Shown in pieces: positions 19,212 to 29,131 of a DNA stretch of 64,000 nucleotides. Made by a program: the position numbers and the translations under genes. The stretch comes from Desulfatiglandales bacterium. Its GTDB lineage: Bacteria > Desulfobacterota > DSM-4660 > Desulfatiglandales > Desulfatiglandaceae. The stretch covers positions 576,001-640,000 of the forward strand of contig OY759599.1 of the NCBI GenBank assembly GCA_963662465.1, written 5' to 3'. The first letter of the stretch is position 1; each line of letters starts with the position of its first letter. The notes under the pieces were generated by a model. It saw nothing but the letters and a program-made list of their open reading frames with translations, did not search any database and had not been told where the DNA came from.

Positions 19212-21008
19212 TCAATAGTAATACCAGATGGTTCGATACAGCGACATGTTTTCTCCCACGGCTTTCAACCGCTGGAGATATTGATAAATGGATACGTCCG
19301 TGTAAAGGTAGGTATTTGCCAGTTGCAGTTTCTTTTCCCAGGGGTGAAATTCGTAAACCCGTCGACCATCGGGCAACAGCGATATGACGTCCCGGTGCTG
19401 GACGGCTCTCAGGTAGTTTTTTCCCAGACCCGGCACGTTGAAAACGATTTCATCGGTGCGGGCTGATCCCGGCAGCAGTCGGGCTTCTTCCTGTTGTTCC
19501 TGCAGGAGCCGCGGGATGGGGACACGGTAGTCATCGGTTTCTTCTTTGCCTTTGGTGTTAAAGGTATAATAGGGCGTAACGCCGATGAGTCTTAATTTGA
19601 GCCGAAGGGCCGCAGCCTCGAATTTGCGGGAATTGTAACGGGTGTATACCAGCTGGTTGTAGACTTTGATGCCGTTTCGAATGAATTTCTGGACGGCGGT
19701 CATGCATTGGGGCGTAATTTCATAGGTGTGTTCAAAATGGGTGACGATGAGGATTTCCCTTTTGCCGGGGGCATGAAACCGACTGATGACGCGGAGCAGT
19801 GAATCGGTCATGCGCTGGGGCAGGGTGACCGGCGTGCGGGTACCGATCCGGATGCGTTTGACATGGTCGATATTCGACAGCTTGCGCAGCAGGTATTCAA
19901 TTTTTGTGTTGCTCAACAGCAAAGGGTCGCCCCCCGTGATCAACACCTCCATGATTTCAGGCCTGTCGGCGATCCATTTTATGGCGGCATCCGTCTTCTC
20001 GCGGGAGAGCGCGGCGTTTGGGGAATAGACATCCTCAATTTCCCAGTTTCTTTGACAGTAAACACATATCTGGGGACAGGTCAGGATCGGTTTCAGGATG
20101 ACGATCATGGGGTATCGTCGGGTAATTCCTTCAATGGGGGAGGTGTCCCGCTCCAGCATGAAATCCATGGAGGCCTCATGTTTTTCCCTCAGCGCCTTCA
20201 ATTTATGGACATAATTTAAGGGGGGGATCACCTGGGCGCGGACGGCATAGTCCATTTTGCGATCCGCCTGGTGGTCCATGAGCGAAAGGTAATAGGGGGT
20301 GATGCCGAATGGGATACGATTTTCCCTGGCCAGGCGAACGGCTTCGTATTCATCGTCGGAGAGTTTCACCAGTGCTTTCAAGGTTTCCGCATTTCGAATA
20401 ATATGCCGGGTTTGCCATTTCCAGTCGTTCCATTCCTGTTCCGTTGCCTGGAAATATTTCAGGATGCGTGATGTGTTGGTGCTTCGCTTGCGGATAATGG
20501 CGTTGTCGAGACCGCAGGGATACCGATCAATCTGCTGTTGCGCCGCCCTGCCCATTCTGGCAAGATCCACGGATCTCAGTTTGGCGGCCTTTTGGCCCTC
20601 ATGTTTGGAAAATATCGGGGGTTTATCGGGATAAATGCCGGATTTTCCCATGAGTCCCTTGAGCAGATGTTCCAGTTCCGCAAAAAAATCGGGGGTCGGT
20701 TTTTCAATGTCCGAGATGTCTTCTTTGTAAAGCAGGTCATTGACATATTGGAGAAAACTGTATTCCGCAAGCCTTTCACTTCTGGGCGATAAAATGGTGC
20801 GAAACACGCGAATGGCGTCGCGGACCAGAATCCACTCAAGGGGCGAAAGGGTTTCATCGTCATGAGTTGTCTCAAGCAAACTGGAAAGGAACTCCCGCAA
20901 TTTCTCCCTTTGGGCATCTATCGAAGGGGTTGAAAGGAACGCTTCCTTCAAAGGCGGCGCTATATCAAATATTCGCAGCAGTTTATTTCGAATTTTTGCT
21001 TTTTCCAT
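19212..21008 (-). CDS. KamA family radical SAM protein (lysine 2,3-aminomutase-like) with long N-terminal extension
   Basis: WNDWKWQ, PFGITPYY, RRYP, CPQICVYCQRNW, LITGGDPL, RIGTRTPVTLPQR. Confidence 0.88.
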   Translation of the reverse strand: MEKAKIRNKLLRIFDIAPPLKEAFLSTPSIDAQREKLREFLSSLLETTHDDETLSPLEWILVRDAIRVFRTILSPRSERLAEYSFLQYVNDLLYKEDISDIEKPTPDFFAELEHLLKGLMGKSGIYPDKPPIFSKHEGQKAAKLRSVDLARMGRAAQQQIDRYPCGLDNAIIRKRSTNTSRILKYFQATEQEWNDWKWQTRHIIRNAETLKALVKLSDDEYEAVRLARENRIPFGITPYYLSLMDHQADRKMDYAVRAQVIPPLNYVHKLKALREKHEASMDFMLERDTSPIEGITRRYPMIVILKPILTCPQICVYCQRNWEIEDVYSPNAALSREKTDAAIKWIADRPEIMEVLITGGDPLLLSNTKIEYLLRKLSNIDHVKRIRIGTRTPVTLPQRMTDSLLRVISRFHAPGKREILIVTHFEHTYEITPQCMTAVQKFIRNGIKVYNQLVYTRYNSRKFEAAALRLKLRLIGVTPYYTFNTKGKEETDDYRVPIPRLLQEQQEEARLLPGSARTDEIVFNVPGLGKNYLRAVQHRDVISLLPDGRRVYEFHPWEKKLQLANTYLYTDVSIYQYLQRLKAVGENMSLYRTIWYYY

Positions 21009-21344
21009 GTTGTCCTCCCTGTTTGGTTGATATCCGACCACCGAGCCCCCGGGTCTACCACAGCTTCTACCAGGCGCCGGTTGATGAACAATCGCGAAGT
21101 GGTTTTATAAGCAACCGTGCGGCTGTATAGATTCTCTGAAAAAAGGTTCTTTTACCGAATTCATTCGGCTGTTGTATTCTGAACCACTGAATGGAATTGG
21201 GACGGAAATTCTATTTGTAAAAATTCCTACTCCTGTTATATTAGGAAAAAGAAAAAATAAAAGCAACGATCTTCTTCCAATTTTGGCCGAAGACCGGTAT
21301 TGATTTTTCCTCTTTTAACATCGTTTCCAAAGGGAATACACATC

Positions 21345-22403
21345 ATGCTGACCAAAAGACTCAAAAGGCTGACGCCTTATGTTCCGGGAGAACAGCCCCA
21401 GGACAGAACATATATTAAACTGAACACCAATGAAAATCCCTATCCTCCCACGCCTGAAATCAGCCCCTTTTTGAAGGCATTTGAGATTGAACGGTTGCGA
21501 CTTTATCCTGACCCCCTGTTCGGTCCCCTCAGGGAGGCGATTTCAAAACGCTACCATGTCGATAAGACCCAGGTTTTTGTGGGAAATGGTTCCGACGAGG
21601 TTCTGGCCTTTGCTTTTTATGCGTTTTTTGACAGTGCCGGGGGAAAGCTGCTGTTCCCTGAATTCAGTTACAGTTTCTATCCGGTTTATTGCGATTTTTA
21701 TGGCATTGAATATCGGAAGATGCCATTGACCGAGGCGTTTGCCATCGAGATCAATGACTATCTCGGGGTAGATTTTTCCTGCGGCATTGTTTTCCCGAAT
21801 CCCAATGCCCCTACCGGGATAGTGCTGCCCCTGGCAAAAATTGTGGAACTACTGGAACGATACCCCGAAGATCGGGTTGTCGTTATTGACGAGGCCTATA
21901 TTGATTTCGGGGGGGAGAGCGCTGTTTCCCTTATTAACCGCTTCAAGAATCTTTTGGTCATCAGAACCTTTTCTAAAAGCATGTCCCTTGCGGCCTTGAG
22001 ACTGGGGTTTGCCATGGGGGATGAAAAGCTTGTAAATGCGCTTTTCGCGGTAAAGGATTCATTTAATTCCTACCCCGCCGATCTTCTGGCGCAGAAAATC
22101 GGCGAGATTGCCATCAAGGATACGCCATACTATACGGCCATCACAAAGAAAATCATTGAGAGCAGAAAATTCCTTTCGGAACAGCTTAAGGTCCTTGGCT
22201 GGAATGTTCTGCCCTCCGGGGCCAATTTTATATTTGCGGGAAAAACGGGTTTGACCGGCGAAACCATCTATACCCGGCTGAAACAGGAAGGGATACTGGT
22301 GCGGTATTTCAACATCGAGGGCATTAAGAATTTTGTTCGGATTACCGTCGGCACGGAAAAGGAGATCGAATCCCTCATGACGTCCATCAGGACGCTTTTT
22401 TGA
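21345..22403 (+). CDS. hisC: Histidinol-phosphate aminotransferase
   Basis: PYVPGEQP, KLNTNENPYPP, GNGSDE, NPNAPTG, DEAYIDF, RTFSKSMSLAALRLG. Confidence 0.95.
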   Translation: MLTKRLKRLTPYVPGEQPQDRTYIKLNTNENPYPPTPEISPFLKAFEIERLRLYPDPLFGPLREAISKRYHVDKTQVFVGNGSDEVLAFAFYAFFDSAGGKLLFPEFSYSFYPVYCDFYGIEYRKMPLTEAFAIEINDYLGVDFSCGIVFPNPNAPTGIVLPLAKIVELLERYPEDRVVVIDEAYIDFGGESAVSLINRFKNLLVIRTFSKSMSLAALRLGFAMGDEKLVNALFAVKDSFNSYPADLLAQKIGEIAIKDTPYYTAITKKIIESRKFLSEQLKVLGWNVLPSGANFIFAGKTGLTGETIYTRLKQEGILVRYFNIEGIKNFVRITVGTEKEIESLMTSIRTLF

Positions 22404-22513
22404 TGGCCGGTTGTTTCGTATCGTCGGCTGAAAAGCCTTGCGCCGTCTATATCGCTGGGATATAATCTTCCAATAAACAATGTGAAACACTTAAGAAACA
22501 GAGGGCTTTTCTC

Positions 22514-23710
22514 ATGCCGGAAACGGTTTTTATCGTAGACGACAACATGGTAAACCGGAAATTGCTGGCCGCTATCTTGAAAAAAGAGGGTTATGCGCTT
22601 CTGGAGGCTGAAGATGGGGAACAGGCGGTGGCAATGACCTTTCGGGAGATGCCGGATTTGATTCTGCTTGACATCATGATGCCCAAGAAGGATGGCTACG
22701 AAGTTTGTCTCGAACTCAAGAAAGACAGCCGGACCGCCAATATTCCCATCATATTTTTGTCCGCCAAAAGCCAGACGGAAGACAAGATAAAGGGACTTGA
22801 TCTCGGGGGCGCCGATTATGTCACCAAGCCCTTTGACCGGGGGGAGGTACTTGCCCGGGTGCGGGCCCAGTTGAAAATCGCAAGGCTTACCCGGGAACTG
22901 ATCGGCGCCAATGAGGAACTGGTCAGTAAACAGGATAAACTGGATGAAGATTTAAAGGCTGCCGCGGGGATACAACGGAGTCTACTGCCCCAAAGCATTC
23001 CCCAGGTGGCCGCCCTCGATATGGCCTGGCGGTTTATGCCCTGCGACAGGATCGGAGGGGATATCTTCAACGTGGTGCGATTGGACGAGGACCATTGGGG
23101 CATTTATATGCTGGATGTCAGCGGCCATGGCGTGCCGTCGGCTCTGGTTTCGGTTTCGGTGTCTCAGATGCTCCATGCCCAACATGACCGTCTGCTCAAA
23201 AAGAACACAAAAGAGGCGCCATACTACGAGATTGTTCCCCCTTCCCAGGTGCTGAACGCCCTCGACCGGGAATACCCCATTGATCGCTTCGATAAGTATT
23301 TTACCATGAGCTATATTATCATCGATACGCAATCGAACCGCATTACTTACAGCAATGCCGCCCATCCCCCGCCGGTATTGCTCCACAGGGATGGAGCATT
23401 GGAGTTGCTTGAGAAAGGGGGAACGATTATCGGTATGGGCGGCGTGCTGCCTTTCGAAGAGGGAACCGTCCGGGTCCGGCCCGGGGATCGTCTGTTTGTC
23501 TATACCGATGGCATTGTAGAGTATCGGAATGAGACAGGAGAATTGTATGGGGAAGAAAGGTTTTATGCCGAATTGTCCGCATTGAGGGACCGATCCATTG
23601 CCGGTCTTATCAATGGGGTTATCGATGCTATTATGAGATTCGGCAATCATCAACATCCTCAGGATGATATAACGCTGCTCGGGGTTGAATTCAGGATGGA
23701 TTCCGAATGA
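22514..23710 (+). CDS. Response regulator receiver + PP2C/SpoIIE phosphatase (RsbU/RsbP-like)
   Basis: VDD...LLDIMMP...KPF receiver; GGDIF, DVSGHG, YTDGIVE, DDITLL. Confidence 0.92.
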   Translation: MPETVFIVDDNMVNRKLLAAILKKEGYALLEAEDGEQAVAMTFREMPDLILLDIMMPKKDGYEVCLELKKDSRTANIPIIFLSAKSQTEDKIKGLDLGGADYVTKPFDRGEVLARVRAQLKIARLTRELIGANEELVSKQDKLDEDLKAAAGIQRSLLPQSIPQVAALDMAWRFMPCDRIGGDIFNVVRLDEDHWGIYMLDVSGHGVPSALVSVSVSQMLHAQHDRLLKKNTKEAPYYEIVPPSQVLNALDREYPIDRFDKYFTMSYIIIDTQSNRITYSNAAHPPPVLLHRDGALELLEKGGTIIGMGGVLPFEEGTVRVRPGDRLFVYTDGIVEYRNETGELYGEERFYAELSALRDRSIAGLINGVIDAIMRFGNHQHPQDDITLLGVEFRMDSE

Positions 23711-23744
23711 GGAATCCATAGGAACCTTAGAAGGGACGGTTGAC

Positions 23745-24182
23745 ATGGGATTAAGGAAAGTGAAAATCATCATTGAAAGCGATCTGGATGATATTCCCCT
23801 GGTGGGAATCGCCGTAAACAGGTTTTGCTCCTATGCCGCTTTCTCCGAAACCGATGCTTTCAATATTGAGTTGTGCGTCATTGAAGCCGTTACCAACAGC
23901 ATTAAACATGCTTACGGGGAAAAAACGGGGGAGGAAGTGGTGGTCATTTTCACGTTTTCAGATAGCGAAGCTGTCTTTGAGATTTGCGACAAGGGGAAGC
24001 CCATGGATCCGGAAAGACTGAAAAAAGCGGATCTGACCACCGCTCATTGTGAAACTCAGAGTATTGAGACTCTGGCGGAATGCGGTAGGGGGTTGGGGAT
24101 CATGAAAGAGATTATGGACGGTGTTGACTATCGTTCGGAAAATGGTATTAACTGTTTAATTTTAAAAAAAAATATTTTATGA
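23745..24182 (+). CDS. Anti-sigma factor Ser/Thr kinase (RsbW-like)
   Basis: EAVTNSIKHAY, DKGKPMDP, GRGLGIM. Confidence 0.9.
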   Translation: MGLRKVKIIIESDLDDIPLVGIAVNRFCSYAAFSETDAFNIELCVIEAVTNSIKHAYGEKTGEEVVVIFTFSDSEAVFEICDKGKPMDPERLKKADLTTAHCETQSIETLAECGRGLGIMKEIMDGVDYRSENGINCLILKKNIL

Positions 24183-24247
24183 CGACGTCATTGGATTGAT
24201 TTAAATAATGAGCGGGTTGCATGTATCCCGATCAAGGAGAGTTGAGC

Positions 24248-24580
24248 ATGGAGATTGCGGAAAAGAGGATAGAGAATGTTGATGTGCTGAAGTTGACGGG
24301 CCGATTGGATGCCTCTTCATCCAAAAACCTGAAGGGGCGGGTGGATGCCCTGGTTAAGGAAAATCGAATTCGGTTGGTTGTCGATATGGCGGGGGTGGAT
24401 TTTATCGACAGTTCAGGTTTGGGCAGCCTGGTCTCATCCCTTCGGGTGGTGAATCGGGTGAATGGCGACATTAAAGTGGCCGCATTGCAGAAACAGGTTC
24501 GCAGTATTTTTGAATTGACGCGGTTGCACCGTATTTTCGGTATTTTTGATGATGCCGAAGCGGCCGCAAAGAGTTTTTAG
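24248..24580 (+). CDS. STAS anti-anti-sigma factor (RsbV-like)
   Basis: GRLDA, VDFIDSSGLGSL, IFELTRL. Confidence 0.92.
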   Translation: MEIAEKRIENVDVLKLTGRLDASSSKNLKGRVDALVKENRIRLVVDMAGVDFIDSSGLGSLVSSLRVVNRVNGDIKVAALQKQVRSIFELTRLHRIFGIFDDAEAAAKSF

Positions 24581-24608
24581 AGATTCCAGGAACAAACCTG
24601 AACCGGAT

Positions 24609-24634
24609 GTAGGGGCGAAAAATCTTTCGCCCTA
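24609..24634. repeat. GTAG-type REP palindrome
   Basis: GTAGGGGCGAAAAATCTTTCGCCCTA; related copy at 27285-27309. Confidence 0.7.
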
Positions 24635-24658
24635 ATGGCCGAAACGATGATCAAGGTC

Positions 24659-26158
24659 CTATGGGGTTTTAATTTTTCTGGAAACGGTTGAAAGCCCCAG
24701 GAAAAACCCCACGGCCAGCAACGTGATGGTGCCGATGACGCCGATCATTCGGGGATGCCATGCGCATTCAAGCCAGGCCCAACGCTGGGGCAGGTTCCGG
24801 GCGAATGTCGCCCATACGATGCTCGCGATGCTGGTGGACACGGCGACGCCGGCTTGCCATGGTTTGACAAAACGACACAGAAATCCCAGCAGAAACAGCC
24901 CCACAACCCCGCCGCCGGCGATGCCCGCCAGTTGCCAGCCTGTTTCAAGGGCCGTTCGGACCTGGATCATGGCAAGGCCCGTCATGGTTCCCAATGCGCC
25001 CCAGATAACCGTATACGCCCTTAACATTTTCATGCTTTTTCGGTCATCGGCGTTCGGGTTGACATATCGTTTGTAAAAATCAAGCAACGTCAATGTGGAA
25101 ACACAATTCAGCGATGAGTCGATGCTGCTCATGGCCGCGGCAAAGATGGCGGCAATCAGCAGTCCCCTGAGGCCTGCCGGAAATTGGGTTGCAATGAAGT
25201 AGGGATAGATTTTATCTCCCGCGAGCGTTCCTTCCAGTGAGGGGGGAAGCAGGTGGGCGTTGGCGGTATAGAAGGAAAACAGGGCCGTACCGATGAATAG
25301 AAAAAGCGCCGAAATGGGAATATAGGCGATGGCGGCCAGCCACACGGAACGGGATGCGGCCTTGACGGATTTTGTGGTTTGGTACCGTTGGACATAATTC
25401 TGATCCACGCCGAAATTCCGCAGGTTTTCAAAAATGCCGTAAATGAGGACCACCCATGCCGTGGGGCCGATGAGATCCGGGGACCAGCTTCCCAGGGAAA
25501 ATTTTTCGTGTTGTCCGGCAATGGTGAAGACCTGTGCCGGTCCTTCGGGCATGCCGGTGAGCAGGATAACGGCGGAGACGATGGCGCCCCCGAAAAGGAT
25601 AATGACCTGAATCACATCGGTCCAGACCACGGCTTCAATTCCCCCCAGAACCGTATAAAAGGTTACGCCGATGCCGGTGATGATGATGATGGTTTCGTAG
25701 GACCATCCCGTGAGATGGCGCAATACGAGGGAAACCAGAAATAGAATCATGCCGATTCGGGCCAGGGAGCCCAGCATGAAGCTGATGCTGCCGTAAATAC
25801 GGGCCCAGGGGCCGAAACGCTGTTCCAGATATTCATAGGCCGATACTTTGACCTTTGTTCGATAGAGGGGAATAAAATAAATTGTGGCCACCAGGGCTGC
25901 CGGCGGCAAGGTGAGGGAAAATATAAAAACATCCCAGTTGGTGTTGTAGGCCTGCCCGGGGTAGGCCAGAAAAGTGATGCTGCTGACGAAAGTTCCCAGT
26001 ATGGAAAGGCCGACGGCCCAACTGGGAAGTTTTCCGTCCGCGATCATGAATCCCAAAGTCGTGTTGCTTTTTTTGCGGAAATAGGCGCCAAAGAGTATAA
26101 CGGCGATGAAATAAAAAATCAGGATCAATTTATCCGCTGCAAGAAATTGTGGTTGCAT
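24659..26158 (-). CDS. Sodium:solute symporter (SSS, SiaT/YidK-like)
   Basis: SAYEYLEQRFG, GGIEAVVWTDVIQ, DQNYVQRY, AAAMSSIDSSLN; many transmembrane segments. Confidence 0.92.
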   Translation of the reverse strand: MQPQFLAADKLILIFYFIAVILFGAYFRKKSNTTLGFMIADGKLPSWAVGLSILGTFVSSITFLAYPGQAYNTNWDVFIFSLTLPPAALVATIYFIPLYRTKVKVSAYEYLEQRFGPWARIYGSISFMLGSLARIGMILFLVSLVLRHLTGWSYETIIIITGIGVTFYTVLGGIEAVVWTDVIQVIILFGGAIVSAVILLTGMPEGPAQVFTIAGQHEKFSLGSWSPDLIGPTAWVVLIYGIFENLRNFGVDQNYVQRYQTTKSVKAASRSVWLAAIAYIPISALFLFIGTALFSFYTANAHLLPPSLEGTLAGDKIYPYFIATQFPAGLRGLLIAAIFAAAMSSIDSSLNCVSTLTLLDFYKRYVNPNADDRKSMKMLRAYTVIWGALGTMTGLAMIQVRTALETGWQLAGIAGGGVVGLFLLGFLCRFVKPWQAGVAVSTSIASIVWATFARNLPQRWAWLECAWHPRMIGVIGTITLLAVGFFLGLSTVSRKIKTP

Positions 26159-26377
26159 GGGCTTTCCTCGTTGTTGTTTTGGGCGCGAGATTAACCGAAA
26201 ACGTTGTGTAGCGTCAATGCCCCCGGATGGGGGGATTGAATATTTTCCGGATGTTCCATGTTTATGCTTGTACTCCTTTTTGTTTCAATGTAAGTTTCTT
26301 CCCTATGGGTCGATGGAAATTTCATCCGGTTGACCGATCTTTAGTTTATCTTATCAAAAAAAAGAAAGAAAAGGAGA

Positions 26378-27232
26378 ATGGATATGGCAATTAATGTGTT
26401 GGGCGTTGTCGGCTCCGGACAGATGGGCTCGGGAATCGCCCAGGTGGCCGCGGCCTGCGGTTTGTCCGTTGTGATGAATGATATCAAGGACGAATTTGTG
26501 GAGCGAGGTTTTGCAACCATTGAAAAGAGTCTTGGGCGGTTGGTGAAAAAAGAAAAGATGACCGAGGCTGACCAGGCGTCTATTTTGGGGAGAATCGAAG
26601 CGTCCACATCATTGGAGGATATGGTCCGGGCGGACTATGTGGTGGAAGCCGCCACTGAAAACGAGGCCCTTAAATTGAAAATTTTTGAGGATTTGGATAG
26701 GCACTGCAAGGCGGATGCAATCCTTTCTTCCAATACCTCCTCCATTTCCATTACCAAGATTGCCGCTGTTACGAGCCGACCGGAAAAGGTCATCGGCATG
26801 CATTTTATGAACCCCGTGCCCATGATGAAGCTGGTGGAGATCATTAACGGTCTGGCCACGAGCGAGGCAACCACCCAGGCGACCCAGGACCTGGCGTTGC
26901 AAATGGGAAAAACGCCGGTGCCGGCCAACGATTTTCCGGGGTTTGTGGCCAACCGCATCCTGATGCCCATGATCAATGAGGCGGTATATGCTCTGTATGA
27001 GGGTGTCGGCGAAGCCAAGGATATTGACCAGATCATGAAGTTGGGCATGAATCACCCCATGGGTCCCCTTGCTCTGGCGGACTTGATCGGGTTGGATACC
27101 TGTCTGGCGATTTTGGAAGTACTTCACAAGGGGTTGGGCGACAGTAAATATCGTGCGTGCCCCCTGTTGCGGAAATATGTGGATGCGGGATGGCTGGGAC
27201 GGAAAACAGGCCGGGGATTTTACGTTTACTGA
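26378..27232 (+). CDS. hbd: 3-hydroxybutyryl-CoA dehydrogenase
   Basis: [60 protein letters not shown]. Confidence 0.93.
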   Translation: MDMAINVLGVVGSGQMGSGIAQVAAACGLSVVMNDIKDEFVERGFATIEKSLGRLVKKEKMTEADQASILGRIEASTSLEDMVRADYVVEAATENEALKLKIFEDLDRHCKADAILSSNTSSISITKIAAVTSRPEKVIGMHFMNPVPMMKLVEIINGLATSEATTQATQDLALQMGKTPVPANDFPGFVANRILMPMINEAVYALYEGVGEAKDIDQIMKLGMNHPMGPLALADLIGLDTCLAILEVLHKGLGDSKYRACPLLRKYVDAGWLGRKTGRGFYVY

Positions 27233-27284
27233 GAATTCGGCAGTAGGCCGGCAATTCTCATTTTAAAATGATAGCATTGTGGAA

Positions 27285-27309
27285 GTAGGGGCGACATATT
27301 CGCCCCTAC
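27285..27309. repeat. GTAG-type REP palindrome inside an imperfect larger inverted repeat (about 27253-27365)
   Basis: GTAGGGGCGACATATTCGCCCCTAC. Confidence 0.7.
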
Positions 27310-27500
27310 GGCCGCGAAAAGCCGTCACCACCATGATACGGTTCTGTCATTTTCAAATATGAGTTCGATGAGGCGGTCATAGTCGGTTTCTTTCTCATAA
27401 AGCGGGAATGTGATCGCATTCTCCCCTTCGGTCAGTATATCCAGGAACATCCGGGTATTTTCGTCCGGTTCCGATTTTAATATGTGAAGCGTCTTCATAA

Positions 27501-27800
27501 TCAACCCCCGAAAGGTATGATAAGGTCCATTTCTTTGAGCTTTTTGCCGATGTTCTCAAGGTCCATGTATTTAAAACCATATTTTTCCACATTGGTGGTG
27601 TTGTTGGAGTAATATTCGCATTCCATATCCTCCAGCCACTCCAGATTTTCCTTGTAGGCATCGGTCAATTCCACTTCAACGTCCAAGACGAACATATAAG
27701 AATAGAAATTTTCAACGGCCAGTCCAAGGGTGGAGCGTGAGCCTTCCCAAAGATCTTCTTTTCCGCGGATCAAAAAGGCTACATGCTTGATGTTTTCCAT
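27501..27800 (-). CDS. DsrE/F-like small protein
   Basis: [12 protein letters not shown]...[10 protein letters not shown]...[10 protein letters not shown]; downstream of tusA and a dsrE-like gene. Confidence 0.65.
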   Translation of the reverse strand: MENIKHVAFLIRGKEDLWEGSRSTLGLAVENFYSYMFVLDVEVELTDAYKENLEWLEDMECEYYSNNTTNVEKYGFKYMDLENIGKKLKEMDLIIPFGG

Positions 27801-27817
27801 AAGGGTCTGTTCCTCTC

Positions 27818-28123
27818 CTACAACACGACATACCTGTCGCAATCTTCGATCAGTTCGCCGTTTCGCGCCTGGGTGGCGTAATCCGTTTCTTTAACCCCCG
27901 GAACAGGCGGTTTGAGGCCGTGACTTTCAAAGCCCACATTGCACAGGGACAGATTCGCCAGACCCGATAGTTCCGCGAATCGGGGATGCTGGGTCAGAAG
28001 CGTTCCCGTATGGCTGAAAAAAACGGTTGTTTCAACCCCTTTGTTTTTAGCGGCTGTACATAGGGCAATAACTTTTTCCAGATGCCGGTCGGAAGTGACA
28101 AACACCCCCAATGATTTGGCCAT
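27818..28123 (-). CDS. DsrE-like sulfur relay protein
   Basis: SLGVFVTS...VFFSHTGT...SLC...DRYVVL. Confidence 0.75.
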   Translation of the reverse strand: MAKSLGVFVTSDRHLEKVIALCTAAKNKGVETTVFFSHTGTLLTQHPRFAELSGLANLSLCNVGFESHGLKPPVPGVKETDYATQARNGELIEDCDRYVVL

Positions 28124-28192
28124 ACTCAGCTCTCCTTAAAAATAAAGGCCTTTCATTTTTTTTGTTTTACAAAAAGTGAAACGTGAAAAAAA

Positions 28193-28432
28193 CTATTTGA
28201 TTTTCAAGTAAAGTTTGCTGCGGCCTTCTTCTTCTTTTATGCCCAGGAATTCATGCCCTGTTCTTTTGGCAAATGAAGGGAGATCATTTTTGGTTCCCGG
28301 GTCCGTACTGATGACCTCGAGAATCTGCCCCGATTTCATGTTGCCGATATGTTTTTTGGTTTTGAGAAGGGGCATGGGACAGCTCAGGCCGCTGCAATCC
28401 AGGGTTTCATCCGCTGTGATATTTTCCACCAT
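28193..28432 (-). CDS. tusA: Sulfurtransferase TusA family
   Basis: LDCSGLSCPMPLLKTKK...GQILEVISTDPG. Confidence 0.93.
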   Translation of the reverse strand: MVENITADETLDCSGLSCPMPLLKTKKHIGNMKSGQILEVISTDPGTKNDLPSFAKRTGHEFLGIKEEEGRSKLYLKIK

Positions 28433-28514
28433 GATTTTTCCTCCAACATTGGAATTTAAATGATACAGGATGAATCGCCAAACGATTCATCCTAAAGGAT
28501 ACACAATCTATAAA

Positions 28515-28931
28515 TCAGCAGCCTTCATCTTCAATGATGACAAAGGCGGGCTTTTTTTTGGCTTTCGGTGGCTGTGGCGCCTGGACCGTGGATGTTGCGG
28601 GTGACTGTTCAGATCGCGTGGAGGTATCCGGCATAACGAGATTCGCATTTTTTTCCACTTTTTCGGCCAACGCAAAAATGACAGCCTGATCATAGTAAGC
28701 CCAGGCTGCGATGGATGATGGATCTGCCTGAATCGCTTTTCGAAAGAATTCCTTGGCGTCCAGGTATTTCCCTCTCTGATAAGCTTCCTGACCATGTCGC
28801 ACCAATTTTATGCAGGTGGCTTTGTCGTTACTTTTTTGGGATGGGTCTTCCGCCGGGGCAACTTGCGGAAATAGGAAAAGCAGTGTTAAGAATAGGCCTG
28901 TAAGAGCTTTTAAGAGGACTTTTCTTTGCAT
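28515..28931 (-). CDS. Exported TPR-like protein
   Basis: N-terminal signal peptide; GQEAYQRGKYLDAKEFFRKAIQADP. Confidence 0.7.
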   Translation of the reverse strand: MQRKVLLKALTGLFLTLLFLFPQVAPAEDPSQKSNDKATCIKLVRHGQEAYQRGKYLDAKEFFRKAIQADPSSIAAWAYYDQAVIFALAEKVEKNANLVMPDTSTRSEQSPATSTVQAPQPPKAKKKPAFVIIEDEGC

Positions 28932-29131
28932 AGAGATCTCCTTAATGGTTGATTTTAACCCGGCAAATTTTTCAAGAGATAGAAAAATTACTAAAAACAG
29001 TTGGTTTTGTCAATACCGGAAGCGCGTTTGAGATAGGCGTTTGCGGTCTCTTTTCTGCTTGAAGTCGAGGCTGTTTTTCATTATGTCTGAGTTTTTCAAA
29101 TGGTATCGCTTCCAACAGGAGGTTATTATAA

